Shown: positions 8,970 to 16,249 of the stretch, piece by piece
Numbering within the stretch: the stretch's first letter is position 1
Layout: each line of letters starts with the position of its first letter
Source: an uncultured Planctomycetales bacterium
GTDB taxonomy: Bacteria; Planctomycetota; MHYJ01; JACPRB01
Length of the DNA: 64,000 bases
NCBI GenBank assembly: GCA_964526305.1
Contig: CAZGKV010000012.1
Span: forward strand, 8,131-72,130
Reading direction: 5' to 3'
Made by a program: the position numbers and the translations under genes
The notes under the pieces: generated by a model
Database searches by the model: none
Told to the model about the DNA's origin: nothing
What the model saw: the letters and a program-made list of their open reading frames with translations, nothing else

Positions 8970-9830
8970 ATGCCGGTATCCGCAAGCTGCCCCTTTTGCT
9001 CCGCGTCCGCGGTCGGAGAGGCGGGCCAGACGGTCGCCTGCCCTGCGTGCGGCGCGACGTTCGTGATCCAAGGAGGGGGGCCGTCCGTAGGTCCTTCCGC
9101 CGGCGATTTCCCCTGTCCCATGTGCGGAGAGACGCTCAAGGCCGGCGCGCGCGTGTGCCGTTTCTGTAAGGCGCAGCTCGGCGGCGCGCCGCCCCCTCCC
9201 GGGGGAGCGCCGCAATACGGTTATGCGTACAATCCCCCGCCGCCCAAGAAATCCAACTGTCTCCTCTGGGTGATCCTGGGAATCGTCGGTCTCGTACTCG
9301 TGGTGTGCGTGGGCGGACCCATCCTCTTCTTCGTCGTCGCCAAAGACCAAACCAGCAAAAGTCTCTGCAAGGTCCACTTCGAACAAAACCTGTCCCCTCA
9401 CGTCGCACGATTGCCTCGCGGCAAGGATCTGGACAAGAGCGATCGGGAACGCGTCGCGAAACTGGATCGACTTCGCGGCTTGGCCTTCTGGCGAGAGATC
9501 CTGAAGGGGTCGGACCAGGAGCAGGGATACTTCTGCTTGGGCGGGGCGTTGCAGGGCCAACAACGTGGACTCCTCGGCCCCAAGAAACCGTTCTCGCAAT
9601 ACAAGGACGCCGATCCGATCGGGTGTTGCCCGAAAGGCGGACACAAGGACGGCACCTGGATCATGAAGAAGAACGGCAAGGTCGAGTGGGCGTCCACGGA
9701 CTCCGACGCCTACCGGACGGCCTACGAGCAGCTCAGCGACGAGGACAAGGAAATCGAGATCCGGCCTTCGGACGACAAGATTCCGGATCGCAAGACCCCG
9801 GAACGGCCGGGCGATAACCCTTTCGATTAG
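8970..9830 (+). CDS. hypothetical membrane protein with two N-terminal zinc ribbons (CPxC...CPxCG; CPMCG...CRFC), Pro-rich linker, one TM helix and a Cys-containing C-terminal domain
   Basis: 286-aa ORF. A near-consensus promoter is placed for a leaderless transcript (TTGACC-17-TAGAAT, 6 nt before the ATG). Confidence 0.6.
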   Translation: MPVSASCPFCSASAVGEAGQTVACPACGATFVIQGGGPSVGPSAGDFPCPMCGETLKAGARVCRFCKAQLGGAPPPPGGAPQYGYAYNPPPPKKSNCLLWVILGIVGLVLVVCVGGPILFFVVAKDQTSKSLCKVHFEQNLSPHVARLPRGKDLDKSDRERVAKLDRLRGLAFWREILKGSDQEQGYFCLGGALQGQQRGLLGPKKPFSQYKDADPIGCCPKGGHKDGTWIMKKNGKVEWASTDSDAYRTAYEQLSDEDKEIEIRPSDDKIPDRKTPERPGDNPFD

Positions 9831-9937
9831 AGCATCGTCCCATCGACTTTGCCGAGACCATCTCCCTTCCTTCTGGAATTCTCTAGGAACCTCGTAGCCT
9901 TCCGCACAACAGGAGGGCGTGAAGAAGGAGACGGAGC

Positions 9938-10420
9938 ATGACCCGAGCGAAAGTGAGCGTTGCCCTCATCGTTCTGGCCTTCGGCGTCGCGCTCTTGGCG
10001 AGCGTGAGATCGAATCGGGACCCGTCCCTCTCGAAGCGCACTCTCACCCGGGAGCACGAGAGCTTGTCGACACCGTGCGCGGACGACTCCGATTCCCCGA
10101 ACCGTGTCCCCGCGCTGCAGAGGAAGCGCGAATCACCCTCGAAACTCCAAGAGATCAAACCCCCGTCCGGGAACGAAGATGCCCGGCTCCTGCGCGACTG
10201 GTTGCTTCATCTTTCGGACTCGGAATTGCGATCGCTGGTCCATACGGAGCGGCTCGATGACTATGTGGGCTCGATCCTAAGGGTCCTTGTTCGGCAAGAT
10301 GCGAGTTCGGGGCCCTCCCAGGAGATCGGTCAATTCTTGGAATTATTGAACGCAAGAATTCTGTCGGTCCAACGGCGATCATTGTGGTCGCCCGGAGGCC
10401 AATTAGGAGGTAATCGATGA
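9938..10420 (+). CDS. hypothetical secreted protein (signal peptide)
   Basis: N-terminal MTRAKVSVALIVLAFGVALLAS signal-like segment. The 3' part lies in a locally lower-GC stretch. Stop overlaps the next start (ATGA). Confidence 0.5.
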   Translation: MTRAKVSVALIVLAFGVALLASVRSNRDPSLSKRTLTREHESLSTPCADDSDSPNRVPALQRKRESPSKLQEIKPPSGNEDARLLRDWLLHLSDSELRSLVHTERLDDYVGSILRVLVRQDASSGPSQEIGQFLELLNARILSVQRRSLWSPGGQLGGNR

Positions 10421-10788
10421 AGACCATCGTACTGGGTTCGGTTGTTGTCGGACTTCTGGGACTGATGGCGGAGGAGACCGTCGCTCAGGAAGAAATCCAA
10501 TTCGGGCGCGTCGTGGAGGGGACGCCCGTCTATGTGTACGACATGGGAGACTGGGTTTCGGGACTTCACGGCTACATTCTCCTGCGGAGAGACAATGCGA
10601 CATACGCCACGGTAGTGGTCCTCAAGAGCCAATACAAGCAGATGACACCGGTCTCGGAAACACGTTGGAATCGAATGGCGGCGTTGATGCATCCGGGAAA
10701 CAAGATTCAGTTCTTCGGCCTTGGGATCCATGGCCAGTACGCCGATTTTTACTATGTCGGAGCTCCCACTGACCTAATCCGCTGGTAG
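10417..10788 (+). CDS. small hypothetical secreted protein
   Basis: Strong SD (TTAGGAGGTAATCG-ATG), N-terminal signal peptide, 123 aa. Lower-GC region. A GC hairpin follows at about 10806-10840. Confidence 0.6.
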   Translation: MKTIVLGSVVVGLLGLMAEETVAQEEIQFGRVVEGTPVYVYDMGDWVSGLHGYILLRRDNATYATVVVLKSQYKQMTPVSETRWNRMAALMHPGNKIQFFGLGIHGQYADFYYVGAPTDLIRW

Positions 10789-10910
10789 CGGCAGCACCAG
10801 GGTTCAGCGGGGACTGCACGGTTCCGTTCCGCGCGGTCCCCGCTCTCGCATTTCCTTCATCCCCCTGGGACCTTGTCGTAAACTGTCCGCGCTTTTCAGG
10901 GGGAGGCATC

Positions 10911-12290
10911 ATGGCGAAGCACGGACCCTTCGACGTCGTCGTTGTCGGCAGCGGACCCGCAGGATATGTCGCCGCCATTCGGGCGGGCCAGCTCGGACTC
11001 AAGACGGCCCTCGTCGAAAAGGACGGCAAGTACGGAGGCACGTGCCTCTGGCGGGGATGCATCCCAACGAAGGCCTTTCTGCACGACGCCTATCTCTACG
11101 ACCAGATCAAGAGCGCCTCGAGATACGGGATCGAAGTCGAGAAGGTGAGGGTCAACTGGGAGGGCGTCCTCAAACACAAGAACACGGTCGTCAAGAAGCT
11201 GGGGCTCGGGGTGGAGGGGCTCCTGAAGAAGAACAAGGTGCAATGCTTCGTGGGATTCGGTTCCGTCAAGAAGCCCGGTCTCGTGTCGGTGGGCGACGAC
11301 GAAATCCAGACGAAGAATATCGTCCTGGCTACGGGGTCCGACGTGAAGTGGTTCCCCGGGATGGAGCCCGACGGCAAGGGGATCATCACGAGCAACGAGG
11401 CCCTCGATCTCAAGGCGATCCCGAAGTCGATCGTCGTCATCGGCGCGGGCGCGGTGGGGATCGAATTCGCGTCCGTCTTCCACCGATTCGGCTCCGAAAC
11501 CACCCTGGTCGAGCTCCTGCCGCAAGTCGTCCCGCTGGAGGACGAGGAAATCGCGAGAGAGCTGGAGAGGATTCTGGCGAAGCGCGGGATGCGGATTCTC
11601 ACCGGGACCAAAGTCGAAGCGATCAAGCCGGGATATGAAGTCGTCGTCGCGCGCAACGGGAAATCGGAGACGATCAAGGCGGAAAAGGTGCTCGTTGCCG
11701 TGGGCCGAAAGCCGAATACGGAGAAGATCGGACTCGAGCACACCCGGGTGAAGACTGAACGCGGGTTTGTCAAGGTGAGTCCCGCGATGGAGACCGACGA
11801 GCCGGGGGTCTACGCGATCGGGGACATCGTCCCCACGCCGATGCTCGCGCACGTCGGGAGCGCGGAAGGGATCCTCGCAGTGACGCGCATCGCGGGGAAA
11901 GAGGTCCATCCCATCCTCTACGACCGAGTCCCGAGCGTCACCTACTGCGATCCGCAGGTCGCGAGCGTCGGACTCGGCGAGAAGAAGGCTCGCGAGCGCG
12001 GGTACGACGTCAAGGTGGGAAAGTTCCCCTTCTTGGGAATCGGAAAGGCGTCCATCGAGGGGGAGAACGAGGGGATGGTCAAGGTGGTCGGAGAGAGCAA
12101 GTACGGCGAGATTCTCGGCGTCCACATCCTTCACGCGCATGCGGGCGAGATGATCTCCGAGGCGGTCGCGGTGATGAACGGCGAGCTCACGGCGGAGGAA
12201 CTGGCGCACTCCATCCACCCCCATCCCACGCTCTCGGAGGCGGTCATGGAGGCGGCGCATGCCTATTACGGACAGGCGATCCATATCTGA
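10911..12290 (+). CDS. lpdA: dihydrolipoyl dehydrogenase
   Basis: VVGSGPAGY FAD motif, GGTCLWRGCIPTK redox-active disulfide, HAHP C-terminal motif, 459 aa. SD GGGGGAGG upstream. Confidence 0.92.
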   Translation: MAKHGPFDVVVVGSGPAGYVAAIRAGQLGLKTALVEKDGKYGGTCLWRGCIPTKAFLHDAYLYDQIKSASRYGIEVEKVRVNWEGVLKHKNTVVKKLGLGVEGLLKKNKVQCFVGFGSVKKPGLVSVGDDEIQTKNIVLATGSDVKWFPGMEPDGKGIITSNEALDLKAIPKSIVVIGAGAVGIEFASVFHRFGSETTLVELLPQVVPLEDEEIARELERILAKRGMRILTGTKVEAIKPGYEVVVARNGKSETIKAEKVLVAVGRKPNTEKIGLEHTRVKTERGFVKVSPAMETDEPGVYAIGDIVPTPMLAHVGSAEGILAVTRIAGKEVHPILYDRVPSVTYCDPQVASVGLGEKKARERGYDVKVGKFPFLGIGKASIEGENEGMVKVVGESKYGEILGVHILHAHAGEMISEAVAVMNGELTAEELAHSIHPHPTLSEAVMEAAHAYYGQAIHI

Positions 12291-12354
12291 CTTGGGTACA
12301 ATGTTCGGAGTCGATGAACAGGAGCCTTCACAAAGGAGTCCGGGAGGGCGGCGC

Positions 12355-12711
12355 ATGAAACGCTGGCTCGGACTGCTCGGAGTCTCGGCTTTCCTGGCCG
12401 CGGCGTGGTTCTATCAACCATCGATGCTCCCGAGTACCTGAACGATGAAGGTGGTGACGGGCCTGGGATGCCCGGGATGCGGACTCACGCGATCGGTGAC
12501 CTCGGCGGCGCACGCGAAGCTCGGCGAAGCGTTCCGATACCACATCTTTGGCCCGGCGATTCTCCTCGCGACGGTCGCGGCGTGGTTTGCGTTCTTGATC
12601 GGGCGGAAGGTACCGATCGACCATCCGCGGACCGCGAAGATCCTCCTGGGACTCGTCTTCGTGCTCATGGCCTATTGGATTGTCCGGATTCTCCTGGGAG
12701 CCGTCCCGTGA
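12355..12711 (+). CDS. DUF2752 family membrane protein interrupted by a single in-frame TGA (12439-12441) at the position of the first conserved Cys (Sec candidate or pseudogene)
   Basis: SD GGGAGGG 6 nt before ATG 12355. N-terminal TM helix (MKRWLGLLGVSAFLAAAWF), then ...LPST-TGA-TMKVVTGLGCPGCGLTRS plus two more TM helices. The two ORFs listed at 12259..12441 and 12445..12711 are in the same frame. Confidence 0.55.
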
Positions 12712-13568
12712 GCGAGGTCCAGGTCTCGCGCAAGCCGCCCTGGTTCAAGGTGCGTCTTCCCTCGGGCGAAGGGTATCGGACGACGCTCCAGGTCGCGCGC
12801 CAAAAGCGCCTCCACACGGTGTGCGAAGAGGCGCGGTGTCCCAACATCGCCGAATGCTGGGGGCGAAAGACCGCGACGTTCATGATTCTGGGCGACGTGT
12901 GCACGCGATCGTGCGGTTTCTGCGCCGTCAAAAGCGGAAGGCCGACCGAGCTCGATCTGAACGAGCCGATCCGGACGGCGCGGGCCGTACTGGAACTCGG
13001 GATCCGGCACGCCGTGATCACGAGCGTGAATCGAGACGAACTGGACGACGGCGGAGCGGGGATCTTCGCGGAAACGGTGCGGCAAATCCGCCGGGTCTCG
13101 CCCGGCACGCGGGTCGAGGTTCTCGTTCCCGACTTCCTGGGGAAGCGGGAAGCCCTACAGAAGATGTGGGAGGCGCGACCCGACGTCTTCGGCCACAACA
13201 TCGAGTGTGTCCCGCGCCTTCAGCGTGCCGTCCGAAGCGCCGCGAACTACGAGCGGTCCCTCTCCGTCCTCGAGGAAACGAAGAAGCAGGGGGACATGCT
13301 CGTCAAAACCGGGCTCCAGCTTGGACACGGCGAGTCGTGGGAGGAGATCCTCGCGGTGATGGAAGATCTGGTCCGCATTGGACTCGACATGTTCACGATC
13401 GGTCAGTATCTCCAGCCGACCCGAGAGCACCTTCCCGTCCGGCGGTGGTATACCCCGGCGGAATTCGCCTCGCTCCGCGAAGAGGCGCTTCGACGCGGAA
13501 TCCGATACTGCCAATCGGGTCCGTTGGTTCGAAGCTCCTATCGCGCCGAAGAACCGTTCGAACCGTAA
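12708..13568 (+). CDS. lipA: lipoyl synthase
   Basis: KPPWFKVRLP N-terminus, CEEARCPNIAECW and CTRSCGFC radical-SAM/Fe-S cysteine motifs. GTG 12708 overlaps the DUF2752 stop. Confidence 0.9.
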   Translation: MSEVQVSRKPPWFKVRLPSGEGYRTTLQVARQKRLHTVCEEARCPNIAECWGRKTATFMILGDVCTRSCGFCAVKSGRPTELDLNEPIRTARAVLELGIRHAVITSVNRDELDDGGAGIFAETVRQIRRVSPGTRVEVLVPDFLGKREALQKMWEARPDVFGHNIECVPRLQRAVRSAANYERSLSVLEETKKQGDMLVKTGLQLGHGESWEEILAVMEDLVRIGLDMFTIGQYLQPTREHLPVRRWYTPAEFASLREEALRRGIRYCQSGPLVRSSYRAEEPFEP

Positions 13569-13599
13569 ACGATTCTCCCCTCCGGGTTCTCCGGATTCC

Positions 13600-15327
13600 A
13601 TGGAGAATCTGTCCCTCGTCCGCCTGGTCTGCGCGCGTCGCGCGCGATTCGCCGCGGTCGCCGCGTCCTCCCTCCTCGTAGGCGCCCTGGGATGGGCCAC
13701 GGCCTTTTTCGTGCAGGCGGTGCTGGACCGTATGGGACAGCCACATATTCTATGGTCCGCCGCCGCGACTCTGGCCGTCGTCGCCGTACTCCGTTTCGCG
13801 TTGGCCGTCCTCCGTCAGCGGCTTCAGCTCGGACTGGCCTACGGGGTCGAGGGGGAGCTGTCCGAGGAGTTCCTCCGCCATGTCGGTCGTCTCGAAATGC
13901 GAGCGGTCGAGCAAACCACGCCGGGAGACCTGGTGCGTCGCCTGCGGGGGGTGGACTACCTGCGGACTCTCCTCGAAGACCGCGCGGCGGGGATCGTTTT
14001 CGATGCCTGCCTCGCTCTGGGGGCCCTGCTTCTCCTGATCCTCAGGTCCCCGGCGTGCGTGCCCTTCGTCGTCGTTGGCGCGATGCTCCCCGCTCTCGTT
14101 TCGCTCGTGGCTCGACGGGGGTCCACGGCGTCGTTCCGCGAAATCCAAGAGGCCGATGGGCGATACACCCAGGGAACGATGGAGGCGGTGCGCGGGGTTC
14201 GAGAGGTTCGCCTGCTCGGTGCGGAGGATTGGATGTTGGGGCGCCTCACGAAGGTTCGCACGGCCTGGACGGCGGCTCGACGCCGTCATGTGCTTCGAGC
14301 CGGCACCGCGCAATCCTTGTCCCTCCTTCTCACCACGCTGTCGGGTGGGGCTCTTCTCCTCTTCGGGGCGCTTCGCAGGATGAGTCCCGGAGAGCTGATG
14401 TTCGTTCTCACCCTGGCGGGAATGCTCGTCGCGCCGCTGGAGCAACTCGTTTCGACGGGGGTCGTCTTCTCGGAAGCGCGGGTGGCCCTGACCCGAATCG
14501 AGGAAGTGCTCCGACTTCCCGCGGAACCGCGCCTCCGGGGCTCCGACGTCCCCCGAGGAGGGATCCGTCTCGAAGGAATCGACTTCGCGTATCGGCCGGA
14601 CCGCCCGGTCTTGCGAAACCTGGATCTGGAGATCCCCGAGGGATCCACGGTGGCCATCGTGGGCGAGAGCGGCGCAGGAAAATCGACGCTCCTGGCGCTC
14701 TTGTCGGGGCTGTACGTTCCGGATGCGGGACGGATTCTCGTCGGGGGCACGGACCTTCGCGCCTTGCCCCTCGAGGCGTGGAGGCGCCGAATGGGAGCCG
14801 TCTTTCACGATCCGCGCTTCTTCGAGGGAACGGTGTTGGAGAACCTCCGTCTGGGCTGCGAATCCGCTTCCTTCGAGGACGTACGGAGGGCGGCTCGAAA
14901 GGCGTGCGCCGAGGAATTCATCTTGCAGCATCCCCGGAAGTACGAGGCGCCCCTTCTTCGAGACGGATCCGGATTCTCCGCCGGGCAGCTCCAACGGTTG
15001 GCGTTGGCCCGCGCCTTGGCGCGGGAGCCCGAGTTGCTGCTTCTCGACGAGGCGACGAACAATCTCGACGCCCGAACGGAGGCGGGGGTGCTCGGAGCGC
15101 TTGCGGAGGGGCGGACGCGAAGGACGACCGTCTTCGTCTCGCATCGACTGGCGAGCACGGTGCGCGCGGACCGGATCGTCGTCCTTCACGAAGGACGCGT
15201 GGCCGAGTCGGGGACGATTCGCGATCTCCTGGAGCGGGACGGTCTCTACCGCCGCCTCTGGCACCGTCAGCTTCCCGTAAACGAATCGATCGGGAGGGTT
15301 CTCTCGATCCCGGAGGTACGACGATGA
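13600..15327 (+). CDS. ABC transporter, fused permease/ATPase (lasso-peptide exporter, D protein, McjD-like)
   Basis: Six-TM N-terminal domain, Walker A GESGAGKST, signature FSAGQLQRLALARAL, Walker B LLLLDEATNNLD. Stop overlaps the start of the lasso B gene. Confidence 0.85.
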   Translation: MENLSLVRLVCARRARFAAVAASSLLVGALGWATAFFVQAVLDRMGQPHILWSAAATLAVVAVLRFALAVLRQRLQLGLAYGVEGELSEEFLRHVGRLEMRAVEQTTPGDLVRRLRGVDYLRTLLEDRAAGIVFDACLALGALLLLILRSPACVPFVVVGAMLPALVSLVARRGSTASFREIQEADGRYTQGTMEAVRGVREVRLLGAEDWMLGRLTKVRTAWTAARRRHVLRAGTAQSLSLLLTTLSGGALLLFGALRRMSPGELMFVLTLAGMLVAPLEQLVSTGVVFSEARVALTRIEEVLRLPAEPRLRGSDVPRGGIRLEGIDFAYRPDRPVLRNLDLEIPEGSTVAIVGESGAGKSTLLALLSGLYVPDAGRILVGGTDLRALPLEAWRRRMGAVFHDPRFFEGTVLENLRLGCESASFEDVRRAARKACAEEFILQHPRKYEAPLLRDGSGFSAGQLQRLALARALAREPELLLLDEATNNLDARTEAGVLGALAEGRTRRTTVFVSHRLASTVRADRIVVLHEGRVAESGTIRDLLERDGLYRRLWHRQLPVNESIGRVLSIPEVRR

Positions 15328-16019
15328 CACACGTGGCCGAACACGTCCGGTGGCGGAAGATCGACGGCGCCGTCGTGATTCTGGATCTCCGATCCGAGAA
15401 GTACTTCGTCCTAGACGCGATCGGCACGGCAATCTGGGAAGGGATCGCCGAGGGGGTCGACTCCCAGGCCGAGATCTCCGCGCTGGCGACTCGATACGGC
15501 GTATCCCGAGAGCGCGTGGCGGAGGACGTTCGAGTCTTCGTGGATCGGGCCAAGGTGCAAGGACTCCTCGCGACTCGGCCGGCCGAGCCGCCGCCTCGGC
15601 TCCGTGCCGGCGCGAGAGAGGGGCGCCCCGCGTGTCCGACGCTTCGCGCGTGGTGGAGCCTCCTGGCGACGGCGCACCATCTCGCCCGTCACGGCTTTGC
15701 GGCGACGTACGGCGCGTACGAAGCGCTACCGGTGCCCGACGCCGCTGCGGACGTCGACGAGCGCCTCGCGGAGGCCGTCGCCGCCTTCGCCAAGGCCGAG
15801 AATGTTTTCCACATGAAGCGCGCGCCCGAGGACTGCGTCCCCCGATCGCTCGCCCTCTTCCGTTTCCTGCGTTCGGTGGGGATTCCCGTCGAGCATTGCA
15901 TCGGCGTTCGCCGCTTTCCGTTCGGGGCGCATGCTTGGGTGGAGTTCCGCGGCGAGATCGTCCACGACAGCCTTTCGACGACCACGAACTATGGGACCCT
16001 GGCGCGAATCGGGGTTTGA
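15324..16019 (+). CDS. lasso peptide biosynthesis B protein, fused B1 (PqqD-like RRE) and B2 (transglutaminase-like Cys protease)
   Basis: N-terminal PqqD-like region (WRKIDGAVVILDLRSEKYFVLDAIGTAIWEGI). C-terminal region with catalytic Cys (EDCVPRSLALFRFL) and the HAWVEF His motif typical of McjB-like leader peptidases. SD GGAGGT upstream. Confidence 0.85.
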   Translation: MTHVAEHVRWRKIDGAVVILDLRSEKYFVLDAIGTAIWEGIAEGVDSQAEISALATRYGVSRERVAEDVRVFVDRAKVQGLLATRPAEPPPRLRAGAREGRPACPTLRAWWSLLATAHHLARHGFAATYGAYEALPVPDAAADVDERLAEAVAAFAKAENVFHMKRAPEDCVPRSLALFRFLRSVGIPVEHCIGVRRFPFGAHAWVEFRGEIVHDSLSTTTNYGTLARIGV

Positions 16020-16048
16020 AGGCTTTTCTTACTTACGGGAGGAATGCC

Positions 16049-16195
16049 ATGACCGAAGAGTATCGCACACCCGAGATCGTGAACATGGGCGAGGTGACGG
16101 AACTGACGGGGGGCGGAAGCACGCCTCTCGCGGACATCCCGGGCGATCCGACGGGCGGATATAACCGCGGGAAACTCGAGGTGGAACTCGACTGA
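16049..16195 (+). CDS. lasso peptide precursor (A peptide), 48 aa
   Basis: MTEEYRTPEIVNMGEVTELTGGGSTPLADIPGDPTGGYNRGKLEVELD. Leader fits YxxPx(L/I)xxxGxxxxxTxG with Thr at -2. Predicted core GGSTPLADIPGDPTGGYNRGKLEVELD, with Gly1 and Asp8 as ring partners. SD GGGAGGA upstream. Confidence 0.8.
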   Translation: MTEEYRTPEIVNMGEVTELTGGGSTPLADIPGDPTGGYNRGKLEVELD

Positions 16196-16202
16196 CGGAT
16201 GT

Positions 16203-16233
16203 GGGGGAAGGGGCCCTCAGGGTCCTTTCCCCC
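16203..16233 (+). terminator. strong GC hairpin (14-bp stem incl. 2 G-U pairs, 3-nt loop) immediately after the lasso precursor gene; candidate partial terminator/attenuator
   Basis: GGGGGAAGGGGCCC-tca-GGGTCCTTTCCCCC, beginning 8 nt after the precursor stop. No U-tract. Confidence 0.5.
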
Positions 16234-16249
16234 TCCGGGGGAGATCGTC

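Noticed and set aside
12430-12500. SECIS-like hairpin downstream of the DUF2752 TGA
   Set aside because: Only weak stems (for example CGGG-9 nt-CCCG) and a direct GGGATGC repeat are present. I could not identify a convincing bacterial SECIS by eye, so the Sec hypothesis rests on the Cys-position alignment alone.
13378-13599. N-terminal extension of the ABC transporter ORF
   Set aside because: It overlaps the 3' end of lipA in another frame. The conserved transporter sequence begins at ATG 13600 (MENLSLV...).
13692-16019. 775-aa plus-strand ORF
   Set aside because: Only the last 231 codons (from ATG 15324) encode a recognisable protein, the lasso B protein. The upstream part overlaps the ABC transporter in another frame and is Arg/Gly-rich junk.
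16199-16249. 17-codon N-terminal extension of the lasso cyclase ORF
   Set aside because: It would be encoded by the hairpin sequence itself. ATG 16250, preceded by GGGGAG, is the more plausible start.
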